Shown here piece after piece: positions 39,617 through 49,771 of a stretch of DNA of 64,000 bases; the first letter of the stretch is position 1, and each line of letters starts with the position of its first letter. A model generated the notes under the pieces. The model was not told the origin of the DNA. It saw only the letters and a program-made list of their open reading frames with translations, and searched no databases. The DNA lies in assembly GCA_964016885.1 (NCBI GenBank), contig OZ024742.1, positions 40,920,001-40,984,000 of the forward strand, given 5' to 3'. The translations under genes and the position numbers were made by a program. This stretch comes from Eledone cirrhosa. Lineage: Eukaryota.

Positions 39617-39897
39617 GTGAGGAAGATGAAAGACCAAGGGAGCACCCCTTCTCTGTGCTCCTGAGGAGAAGGGTTGCACACTTTTTTCGGGGGTGTGTGC
39701 GACCCCCCAAGGCGCCTCCTCTCTATTGAGGATTTTGTTAAAAATTTTATTTTTTGTTATATCTTATTTTATTTTTATATTTTGTTATTGCCTTCTCCTT
39801 ATTGAGGACGCCTTTTTGTGTAAACTCCCCCCTTTGTACTTGTCCCACTTTTGATGCCCTAGTGGCAAATAAAAGAAATATATCTATCTATCTATCT

Positions 39898-40539
39898 ACG
39901 CATTGGTACACTGCTCGGGCGTAGCCGATCTGTTGGGCTATGTCGAACAACTGCTGTCAAGGGTGGGACCGATCCGGTTGACCACCGAGTCTATTGTAAT
40001 GATCAAGCCGCCTCCCCCCTTCAAAGATGAAGCAGAGGCGGTGTTTCTGTGCGTAATAGCCATGGCGAAAGAGGTTGTATGGTGGACGCGTCTGAAAGGA
40101 CTGAGGTCAGGCACCTTTCTCTCTGGCCAACAACTGGTCCGTTTCTTCCGATATCATTTCGGAAGAAGGATCAGGATGGAGAGAGAGGTGCTGCACCCCA
40201 GTCGTTTTTATGAAAGGTGGGTGAAAGTGGCGAGAATGGCCCGTGTGAATGGGCCTTCTCTTTACATAAGCCTGTAGGTGGAAAAGAGGAAGGAACGAGG
40301 GAGCACCCCCTCTCTGTACTCCTGAGGAAAAGGGTTGCACACTTTTTTCGGGGGTGTGTGCGACCCCCCAAGGCGCCTCCTCTCTATTGAGGATTTTGTT
40401 AAAAATTTTATTTTTTGTTATATCTTATTTTATTTTTATATTTTGTTATTGCCTCCTCCTTATTGAGGACGCCTTTTTGTGTAAACTCCCCCCTTTGTAC
40501 TTGTCCCACTTTTGATGCCCTAGTGGCAAATAAAAGAAA
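39898..40539 (+). mobile_element. Short 5'-truncated Tx1-like copy, B-like with a divergent internal patch
   Basis: Matches 39237-39878 except for about 40200-40330. Flanked by TATC tracts. Confidence 0.93.
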
Positions 40540-40895
40540 CTTATCTATCTCTATCTCTCTATCTATCTATCTATCTATCTCTCTCTCTCTATCTATCTAT
40601 TATCTCTCTATCTATCTATCTCTATCTCTCTATCTATCTATCTATCTATCTATCTCTACCCCCATAATCTAGCTGTCGTCTGTTCTACAGTGTGGATGTC
40701 ATTCACTTCGCACAGAAGTTTTGTTCAAATTTATTGAGGAAATTTTGTGAGTTCAAACTTAATTTTGATACAATTGTGTAGCTTGACCCTCCGTCTGAAC
40801 TGTCAGGCGGTGGGTCAGCTCATCTTTACCCCTCCTAGAGGTGAAAAACCTGTTTTAAAAAATTTTGTGTAAAAAATTTCAATCGTCTAACAGAA

Positions 40896-42776
40896 ATGTT
40901 AAACGCAGCGAACGAAAATAGTGGTGGGGGGACAGCGGTAAGAGTTGTAAGCTCGCACGCTTTAGTCCTCCCTTCCTTCCCAACTAACGTCATAGAGAAG
41001 GAAGGAAAAATGAAAATAAAAACGGACGAATCTGCGGAGGAAAAAAAATTAAATGACGAAAACAACGAAAAAAAAAAATTTGAAAAATTGCATGACAATA
41101 CTAATAACACAAACAAAGACACAACAAACAAAAAAATAACAGTTGAAAATAACATAATATCAGAAAACAAAGCAGACGACAAGATTTCTTTTGCACAGAA
41201 AACAAAGAAATCTTTGACTTATATAGCGGAAAACATTTCAGATGTGGTACGAAGGATCACGGACGCAAAACAATACATAAGTGAAGGTGAGAATGGTATT
41301 TTATTGGTAAAAATGCCTCAAGAATTCACGAAAGACATTGAAAGCCGAACGGTCAAGTTTCGGACCATCAACAACAGTACAAAAAAACCTGAACAGCCTT
41401 CTCAAGCAGATATCAAAACAGTACTCGCAGAAGTACTGAATGAAACAACTTTCATAAGAAAAGACAGACTGTATGGAAGCCTAGCAATTATCATGAAGAA
41501 CGAATCGGCGGCAAAAAAATGTGCTTTGTCACCGATTCGTTCGAAAAATTTCACCTTTTATCCATCTTATATGGGGAAAAAAACTCAACGCATATGGCTG
41601 GATGCAATGATGCCAGATGTGGACTACTGCTGGCTCATAGCTGGCTTCATCGATCCAGTGAATGACAACGTGATTTCCATTGGGAAAACCACAGGCAATG
41701 CGTTCAGTGGAACAGGTATAGAGCTGGTAGTACAAATGAAGCCTGAACGCATCGCCCAAATACCCGACAGAATCCTATTAGAGGACCACGGGTATATAAA
41801 CATTAGCGTGGAGGGGAGAAGGCCGTCCTGCCATATCTGTGCAGGCAGAGGGCACCTGAAGGCCGCTTGTCCCCAACTCAACAAAAAGAAAACCCTGCTA
41901 CCAACACCAGCTCCACCACCACCACCACAACAGATAAACAAACAACAAAACTCAGTCCCACCCAACCCGTCCCTCAGTAACACCACAACACCACCACAAC
42001 ACAAACAGTCACAACACATTACCCCAAAACAAAATACAGGCCCACCCAACCTCTCACTCAATAAAACAACACAACCACCGCAGACACAACACACAACACA
42101 GTCTAACATAGTGACATCCATCTCCCCCACAAAGAAAACCAACACGGAAACATTACCAGCAAACATACCTCTTCCCTCCAACACTGAAGATAACCCAACG
42201 AATTCGGAGGAAGAAACGGAGTCCTTCAGACAGATTAAAAGGAAAAAAAGAAAACATGTGCAAAACACACAAGGACAAACAACCCCCACCCAAATCGCAA
42301 CACAATCTAACAAAACAGAAAACACCCCTCCAGCAACAAACAAAACCAAACCTGCCCCTCCCCTCTTCGAAACACTCACACCATCGGAAAAAAAGACATT
42401 ACACTATACTTACATCAACAGAAACAATAATAAATTAAATGAACTCATATACAATAATCCTTCGGTACAAACCGAAGGTGTAAACTTTGTTTCATCAGAA
42501 AACCACCCACATTTAAAACTAATAAAAATCCCAATGAACCTCTACCAAAAACTAAAAAAGGATTTTAAGGAGGACGTAGGACCACCCTCTGTCAAACCCA
42601 TAAACCGCGTCCTACTAAAAAGCTTTCCCCCTCCCCTTCCCCTCCCCAACACAACTCCAAACACCCCAACCCCACCACACACCGACGACCCCACACCACC
42701 ACAAGACACCCCTTCACCCAACACCCCCGACCCCATGGAAGTCGTGCAACCCGAACCCCGGGAAGCGGAAAGGTAG
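40896..42776 (+). CDS. ORF1 protein, 626 aa (gag-like, single CCHC zinc knuckle, Pro/Thr-rich linker, basic NLS-like motif)
   Basis: Uninterrupted ORF; CHICAGRGHLKAAC; IKRKKRKH; homologous to ORF1 of copies A and B. Confidence 0.92.
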   Translation: MLNAANENSGGGTAVRVVSSHALVLPSFPTNVIEKEGKMKIKTDESAEEKKLNDENNEKKKFEKLHDNTNNTNKDTTNKKITVENNIISENKADDKISFAQKTKKSLTYIAENISDVVRRITDAKQYISEGENGILLVKMPQEFTKDIESRTVKFRTINNSTKKPEQPSQADIKTVLAEVLNETTFIRKDRLYGSLAIIMKNESAAKKCALSPIRSKNFTFYPSYMGKKTQRIWLDAMMPDVDYCWLIAGFIDPVNDNVISIGKTTGNAFSGTGIELVVQMKPERIAQIPDRILLEDHGYINISVEGRRPSCHICAGRGHLKAACPQLNKKKTLLPTPAPPPPPQQINKQQNSVPPNPSLSNTTTPPQHKQSQHITPKQNTGPPNLSLNKTTQPPQTQHTTQSNIVTSISPTKKTNTETLPANIPLPSNTEDNPTNSEEETESFRQIKRKKRKHVQNTQGQTTPTQIATQSNKTENTPPATNKTKPAPPLFETLTPSEKKTLHYTYINRNNNKLNELIYNNPSVQTEGVNFVSSENHPHLKLIKIPMNLYQKLKKDFKEDVGPPSVKPINRVLLKSFPPPLPLPNTTPNTPTPPHTDDPTPPQDTPSPNTPDPMEVVQPEPREAER

Positions 42777-42809
42777 GTCTCTACACTCTCCTTTGGCTCT
42801 GCCGCCCAC

Positions 42810-45800
42810 ATGGATGTGTTAAGAGTAGGATGTTTGAATGCACGTGGCCTGGGCTCAACTTGGAAGCAAGCAAAGCTTCTAAATGACCTCAGGTCATGTA
42901 GTATAAATGTAATGGTTATCTGTGAGACTCGAATCAGCGTCATGCGGCAGCTGGCCCCCACCTTCGATGACTTTGAGGTGCATGCATCTCTCTGTCAACC
43001 TGGAGGTGGGGGTGGGGTTGTCGTGCTGCTGCAAAAACACCTGGGTCTTGCCGTACAGGTTGTGCACTCGGACCCGGAGGGTCGTTTGTTGGTGCTAGAC
43101 GTTGGCAGTAGTGAAAGTGCGGCCTTGAGACTGGTCGCCGTCTACTCCCCTTTCGGAGCTGAACGGCCCGACTTCTTCCAGCGTTTGGAGACTTTTCTGG
43201 GAACGTCGCGTTCCCTGCTTCTAGCGGGGGATTGGAATGACATCCTAGATGCACGTTGGGACTATGCAGGAGCATGTCCTAATAGAGGGGGGTGTAACAG
43301 CCTCAAGGGGTTACTCGACCGTTTTAACTTGGTCGATAGATATCGACTAGATTTTCCAACTGTGCCTACCTGGACTTGGAGAAACCACAGTGGTCAATCT
43401 AGATCGTACTTAGATAGATTCTTAGTTAGAAGTAAGGATAGGGACATATTAAGCTGTCCAGAAATGCGCACGGTTGGCTACACGGATCACAAATTAGTGA
43501 CCTGCGTGGTCAATCTCGAGAAAACACATAGACAGGGTCCCGGTTACTGGAAACTTAATTTGTCTTTACCGGCAAAAGAGACTTACAGAAACCGGATTAG
43601 CAGATTAGTTAAGGAGAGGTTGACGGGTGCAATCGTCAACAACCGATGGTGGGCATCTCTCAAAAGAGAGATTAGAACAGAATCAATAAGTTATAGCAAG
43701 ATGTTAGCTGCCAATAGGAATAGAAACGAGAAAGAATTAACAGGTAAATTAGAAGAGGCAATCAAGAGCGAAGATGTGGCCAGAGTGCTGGCATCGAGGA
43801 CGGCCTTGAACCAGTTTTTCGATGCAAAGCATGAAGGCTGCGTCATTCGAAGTAAAATACGTGCTCTAGGTAATGAGGGGGCCAAAGCCGTTGGATGGGC
43901 CCGCGTGACAGAAGCTAAAAGTGGAAATCGATCCACCATCCGGTCGTTGCAAGACGAAGATGGACGAGTGATCCGGGAGCCTAAGCAGATGTGCGAGGCC
44001 TTTCAAAAGCACTTTGCCCGATTGTTCGGGGGAGGCGAGGGTCCGGGCCGGGGCGTGGATTTCGGTCCATACCTCGACGGCCTGCCGCGTCTCTCGAACA
44101 AAGAGGCAGAGTCCTGCGAGGGACCAATCTCGGCTGATGAGATCGGAGATGCGCTGAGCCAATGCAGCAGACGCAAATCTCCAGGTCTCGATGGTATACC
44201 TTACGAACTTTATTTAGCAATGCCGGTCTTCTTCTCCGAACTCCTCGAAGCGGTCTACTGCAATTGGCAGCAGAACGGGAGAATTCCTTGTTCTGTAGCC
44301 AAGGGCGTAGTCACGCTGGTGAGGAAGGACGAGAACAAGGGGGATAGTATAAATAATTTTCGGCCCATAACCCTGCTAAACACAGAGTTAAAGATTTTGG
44401 CCAAGGTGTTAGCAAAGAGGTTGGCGCTTGTCGTGGGTGGCCTGGTGGGAGATGCGCAGACATGTGCTATCCCATCCAGGTCCATTCACGATAACCTCCA
44501 CCTCATGCGATACATCATAGAGAGGGTTGGCAACAAACCCGGCTTCGGTGGGGCCCTGATCAACTTGGATCAGTCTAAGGCCTTCGATAGGGTCGACCAT
44601 GGTTACCTGGATGCGGTGCTAGCGGCGGCTGGGTTCGGTCCTGTTTTCAGAGGCTGGATCACTGCCCTACATAGCAACCACATCTGTTCTAGGATCAAGG
44701 TGAACGGCTACCTTTCGAAGCCGCTCGAAATCACACGATCCATTCGACAGGGGTGCCCTCTCTCCTCCCTTCTGTACGTATTGACTCTCGAGCCTTTACT
44801 GAGGAAGTTGGAGTTGTTGCAGGGTATCCCCCTGGAACCAGGATTGAGCAAAGCGGTGTCGGCCTACGCCGATGACGTAACAGTAATGGTATCAACCGAC
44901 TCGGAGATCGAGGCGATCGGTACCTTACTGGAGGAGTACGAAAGGTTGTCAGGAGCGAAACTGAACCGGGAAAAATCCATCGGGCTGCAACTCGGAACGT
45001 GGAGAGGCAAACCGATGCCTCCTGACGGTGTCGTCGGACACTGGACGGAGGGCCCGGTAAAGTTGCTTGGGGTCTGGTTTGGACCGGACCTCCAGGTGGA
45101 AAAGAACTGGAACGAGGTTACGAACAAGGTGTTTGCACTAACCCAGAAATGGGCCAAGTGTAAGCTGTCCCTAAAAGGCCGGGCGGAGGTGGCGAACATT
45201 TACATAGCGTCCGTCACTTACTACCGCCTGACTGTCGTGCCTTGCCCTAAGGAAACACTCACCACCATGGAACGCATGCTCTTCCAATTTCTTTGGAAGA
45301 AGCGTCCTCCTATGGTGAGAAGATCCATCTGCTGCCAACAACCTTCGAAAGGAGGGCTGGGGATGCCGTGGTTGATGATGCGTAGGCACGCATTAAGGCT
45401 ACGGCACCTACAGGTATTCCTCACTGGTCAACCGGTGTGGGCTCCGTTCGTGAAACGAGCCTTTCCGAGACTCGTCTCACTCACCGAGCTACAGTCCTGG
45501 GTCAAGCAAAGATCCGGAAAACTGGGAGACTGGCACACTGAGTGTGCTCAGGCGCTCAGGGCTCTCTGGCAAGCGGGCCGGGCCATCGGTGGAGAATCCA
45601 CCTCATCATTCTATAGAGGGCTGGTGGCTAGCAGGGGCGATGACACCCTTGGAGAGTCGCTGGACATGGAAGAAGACGAACTGGCCAGCCTGTTCGGTAG
45701 GACTTTCGGCCCAGGACCAATGGACAACTTCCAGAAGTCACTGGCCTGGCAGTGCTACCGAGGGGCTCTACCCGTTCGAGAGAGGCTCTACAGACACGGG

Positions 45801-46247
45801 CGCCCGGGCAGGGATCCCTCAAAAAAGATTTGCCCTAGATGCGTGCGTCACGAAGAAACCGTGGCGCACGCATTGGTGCAATGTCCGGGCGTGGCTGATC
45901 TGTGGGGCTACGCCGAACAACTGCTGTCGCGGGTGGCGCCGATTAAATTGACCGCCGAGTCCGTGATGACAATCAAACCGCCTCCCCTCTTCACAAAGGA
46001 AGCAAAGGCGGTTTTTCTGTGCGTAATAGCCATGTTGAAAGAGGTTGTTTGGTGGACACGATTGAAAGGTCTGAGGTCAGGCAACTTCCTCTCTGGCCAT
46101 AGTCTGGTCTACTTCTTCCGATATCACTTCGGAAGAAGGATAAGAATGGAGAGAGAGGTGCTTGGCCACAGGCAGTTTTATGAAAGGTGGGTGATAGTGG
46201 CGAGAATGGCTCGTGTAAATGGGCCTTCTCTGTATACCATCCTGTAG
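42810..46247 (+). CDS. ORF2 protein, 1145 aa: APE-type endonuclease, reverse transcriptase, C-terminal Cys/His motif (Tx1/L1 type)
   Basis: CLNARG, ICET, GDWN, YLDR, TDHK; GPGYWKLN linker; KSPGLDG, QGCPLS, YADD, LLGV; GGLG; CPRC...ETVAHALVQC. Confidence 0.96.
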   Translation: MDVLRVGCLNARGLGSTWKQAKLLNDLRSCSINVMVICETRISVMRQLAPTFDDFEVHASLCQPGGGGGVVVLLQKHLGLAVQVVHSDPEGRLLVLDVGSSESAALRLVAVYSPFGAERPDFFQRLETFLGTSRSLLLAGDWNDILDARWDYAGACPNRGGCNSLKGLLDRFNLVDRYRLDFPTVPTWTWRNHSGQSRSYLDRFLVRSKDRDILSCPEMRTVGYTDHKLVTCVVNLEKTHRQGPGYWKLNLSLPAKETYRNRISRLVKERLTGAIVNNRWWASLKREIRTESISYSKMLAANRNRNEKELTGKLEEAIKSEDVARVLASRTALNQFFDAKHEGCVIRSKIRALGNEGAKAVGWARVTEAKSGNRSTIRSLQDEDGRVIREPKQMCEAFQKHFARLFGGGEGPGRGVDFGPYLDGLPRLSNKEAESCEGPISADEIGDALSQCSRRKSPGLDGIPYELYLAMPVFFSELLEAVYCNWQQNGRIPCSVAKGVVTLVRKDENKGDSINNFRPITLLNTELKILAKVLAKRLALVVGGLVGDAQTCAIPSRSIHDNLHLMRYIIERVGNKPGFGGALINLDQSKAFDRVDHGYLDAVLAAAGFGPVFRGWITALHSNHICSRIKVNGYLSKPLEITRSIRQGCPLSSLLYVLTLEPLLRKLELLQGIPLEPGLSKAVSAYADDVTVMVSTDSEIEAIGTLLEEYERLSGAKLNREKSIGLQLGTWRGKPMPPDGVVGHWTEGPVKLLGVWFGPDLQVEKNWNEVTNKVFALTQKWAKCKLSLKGRAEVANIYIASVTYYRLTVVPCPKETLTTMERMLFQFLWKKRPPMVRRSICCQQPSKGGLGMPWLMMRRHALRLRHLQVFLTGQPVWAPFVKRAFPRLVSLTELQSWVKQRSGKLGDWHTECAQALRALWQAGRAIGGESTSSFYRGLVASRGDDTLGESLDMEEDELASLFGRTFGPGPMDNFQKSLAWQCYRGALPVRERLYRHGRPGRDPSKKICPRCVRHEETVAHALVQCPGVADLWGYAEQLLSRVAPIKLTAESVMTIKPPPLFTKEAKAVFLCVIAMLKEVVWWTRLKGLRSGNFLSGHSLVYFFRYHFGRRIRMEREVLGHRQFYERWVIVARMARVNGPSLYTIL

Positions 46248-46591
46248 GTAAAGAAGTAAAGGAGAGGGGAACACCTTCTCCATGTGCTCCCCGGGCAAAG
46301 GATTGCACACTTTTTCGGGGGTGTGTGCAACCCCCATCACGTCCCCTCCCTTTTGAGGTTATTTTCGATTATTTTCATGTTACACCCTTTTTACTCGATT
46401 ATATGTAAACTCCCCCTTTGTATTTGTCCCTTCTTTTTATGCCTTTATGGTAAATAAAGAAATCTATCTATCTATCTCTATCTCTCTATCTCTCTATCTC
46501 TCTATCTATCTATCTCTCTATCTATCTATCTCTATCTCTCTATCTCTCTATCTATCTATCTCTATCTCTCTATCTCTCTATCTATCTCTAT

Positions 46592-49500
46592 CTGGCCGAT
46601 AGATATCGACTAGATTTTCCGACTACGCCAACCTGGACTTGGGTAAATCGTAGCGGATCATCTAGGTCGTACCTAGATAGGTTCTTAGTTAGAATTAAGG
46701 ATAAGGACTTTTTAAGTTGTCCAAAAATGCGCATGGTTGGCTATTCAGACCACAAGTTAGTGACCTGCATGATCAACCTTGACAGAACTCATAGACAGGG
46801 ACCCGGTTACTGGAAGCTCAACTTGTCCTTACCGGCAAGTAAGGCTTACAGGGACCGGATTAGCACTTTAGTTAAGGAGCGGTTGACGGGCGCCATCGTC
46901 AACAGCAGGTGGTGGGGATCTCTCAAAAGAGAGATTAGAGTAGTCTCTATAGAATTTAGTAAGGAGTTAGCCTCAAATAGAAATAGGAAGGAAAGGGAGT
47001 TGGTAGATAGTGTAGAAGAGGCAATTAGAAGCGGCGACGTGGCCAGAGTGCTAGCGTCGAGAACGGCCCTGGGCCAGTTCTTCGACGCGAAACACGAAGG
47101 CTGCATCGTCCGAAGCAAAATACGTGCTCTGGGAAACGAGGGGACCAAAGCTGTTAGCTGGGCCCGCGTGACAAAAGCCAAAAGAGGGAGCAGATCCACT
47201 ATCCGGTCTTTGCGAGACCAGGATGGACGGGTGATCCTTGAACCTAAGCAGATGTGCGAGGCTTTTCAAAAGCACTTTGCCGGATTGTTCGGAAGGGGCG
47301 GGGGGCCGGTTGTGGATGTGGACTTCGGTCCATACCTCGACGGCCTGCCGCGTCTCTCGGACAGGGAGGCGAAGTCCTGCGAGGAGCCGATTTCAGCCGC
47401 TGATATAGAGGACGTGCTGAGCCAATGCGGCAAACGCAAATCCCCGGGTCTCGATGGTCTTCCATACGAACTATATCTAGCTATGCCGGACTTGTTCCCC
47501 GATCTCCTCGAGGCGGTCTACTGCAACTGGCAACAGAACGGGAGAATTCCCTGTGCTGTGACCAAGGGCGTAGTCACGCTAGTGAGGAAGGACGAGAACA
47601 AGGGGGACGATATAAATAATTTCAGGCCCATAACTCTGCTAAATACAGAGTTACAGATTTTGGCCAAGGTGCTAGCAAAGAGGTTGGCGCTTGTCGTGGG
47701 CAACCTGGTGGGAGATGCGCAGACATGTGCTATCCCGTCCAGGTCCATCCACGACAACCTCCACCTCATGCGATACATCATAGAGAGGGTTGGGAACGAA
47801 CCCGGCTTTGGTGGGGCCCTGATCAACTTGGATCAATCTAAGGCATTCGATAGGGTCGACCATGGTTACCTGGATGCGGTGCTAGCGGCGGCAGGCTTCG
47901 GACCCGTTTTCAGGGGCTGGATCAATGCCATGCACAGCAGCCGGATCTGCTCTAGGGTCAAGGTGAACGGCTACCTCTCGGAGCCGTTCGAAATCGCGCG
48001 GTCCATCCGACAGGGGTGCCCTCTCTCCTCCCTTCTGTATGTAATGACTCTAGAGCCACTGCTGCGGAAGTTGGAGTTGTTGCAGGGCATCCCGTTGGAA
48101 CCGGGATTGCGGAAAGCGGTGTCAGCCTACGCCGATGACGTAACAGTAATGGTGTCGACGGCCTCGGAAATCGGGGCGATCGGCACCTTACTGGAGGAGT
48201 ACGAAAGGTTTACAGGGGCTAAGCTGAACCGGGACAAGTCGATCGGTCTGCAACTCGGCACGTGGAGGGGCAGATCGATGCCCTCCGATGGCGTCGTCGG
48301 GCGCTGGACGGAGGGCCCGGTGAAGTTGCTCGGGGTCTGGTTCGGACCAGACCTCCAGGTGGAGAAGAACTGGGGTGAGGTAACGAACAGGGTGTTTGCA
48401 CTGACCCAGAAGTGGGCCGAGTGCAAACTGTCCCTGAAAGGTCGGGCGGAGGTGGCGAACACTTATATAACGTCCGTCATCTACTACCGCCTGACCGTTG
48501 TGCCTTGCCCAAGGGAAACGCTCGCCAAAATGGAGCGCGCACTCTTCTAATTCCTTTGGAAGAAGCGGGCTCCTATGGTGAGGAGATCCATCTGCTGTCA
48601 ACACCCTTCGAAAGGAGGGCTGGGGATGCCGTGGCTAATGATACGTAAACACGCATTAAGGCTACGGCACCTTCAGGTATTCCTCTCCGGTCAACCGGTG
48701 TGGGCCCCGTTTGTGAGGCGAGCCTTTCCCGGACTCGTCTCACTCACCGAGCTGCAATCCTGGGTCAAGCAAAGACCGAGAAAACTGGGCGCCTGGCACA
48801 CCGAGTGTGCCCAGGCGCTCACGGCTCTCTGGTAGGCGGACCCGGCTGTCAGTGGAGAATCCACCTCGTCATTCTATAGAGGGCTGGTGGTTAGCAGGTG
48901 CGACGACGCCCTCGGAGAAGCCCTAGGCATGAAGGAAGACGAACTGGCCAACCTGTTCGGTAGGACATTCAGCCCGGGACCCATGGATGACTTCCAGAGG
49001 TCCCTGGCCTGGCAATGCTACAGAAGGGCTCTGCCCGTTCGAGAAAGGCTCTACAGACATGGACGCCCGGGTAGGGACCCATCGAAAAAGATCTGTCCCA
49101 GATGCGTGTGCGACGAGGAAACCGTTGCACACGCATTGGTACACTGCTCGGGCATTGCCGATCTGTGGGGCTATGTCGAACAACTGCTGTCAAGGGTGGG
49201 ACCGATCCGGTTGACCACCGAGTCTATTGTAACGATCAAGCCGCCTCCCCTCTTCAAAAACGGAGAGGCGGTGTTTCTGTGCGTAATAGCCATGGCGAAA
49301 GAGGTTGTATGGTGGACGCGTCTGAAAGGACCGAGGTCAGACACCTTTCTCTCTGGCCAACAACTGGTCCGTTTCTTCCGATATCATTTCGGAAGAAGGA
49401 TCAGGATGGAGAGAGAGAGGTGCTGCACCCCAGCCGTTTCTATGAAAGATGGGTGAAAGTGGCGAGAATGGCCCGTGTGAATGGGCCTTCACTCTACATC

Positions 49501-49771
49501 AGACTATAGGTGAGGAAGATGAAAGACCAAGGGAGCACCCCTTCTCTGTGCTCCTGAGGAGAAGGGTTGCACACTTTTTTCGGGGGTGTGTGCGACCCCC
49601 CAAGGCGCCTCCTCTCTATTGAGGACTTTGTTATAAATTTTATTTTTTGTTATATTTTATTTTATTTTTATATATTGTTATTGCCTCCTCCTTATTGAGG
49701 ACGCCTTGTTTTGTAAACTCCCCCCATTGTACTTGTCCCACTTTTGATGCCCTGGTGGCAAATAAAAGAAA
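46592..49771 (+). mobile_element. 5'-truncated Tx1-like copy (B-related, called D here), ORF2 disrupted
   Basis: Starts within the EN domain. TAA at 48548, TAG at 48833, extra GA near 49410. B-type 3' UTR ending AATAAAAGAAA then degenerate TATC. Confidence 0.95.

Larger units (their letters stand above)
34335..39878 (+). mobile_element. Tx1/L1-group element, subfamily B; most of the 5' UTR missing; ORF1 and ORF2 disrupted
   Basis: Follows (TATC)n at 34266-34334. ORF1 from 34374, ORF2 from 36188. 3' UTR with AATAAA at 39868, then TATC. Confidence 0.95.
40658..46462 (+). mobile_element. Full-length, apparently intact Tx1/L1-group non-LTR retrotransposon, subfamily C
   Basis: 5' UTR homologous to copy A, two uninterrupted ORFs, and a 3' UTR with AATAAA at 46453. 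TATC/TC tracts on both sides (40541-40657 and 46463-46592). Confidence 0.96.

Noticed and set aside
28177-49214. Many short antisense or alternate-frame ORFs recurring in the LINE copies
   Set aside because: They recur only because the ORF2 copies are homologous and GC-rich; there are no independent motifs.
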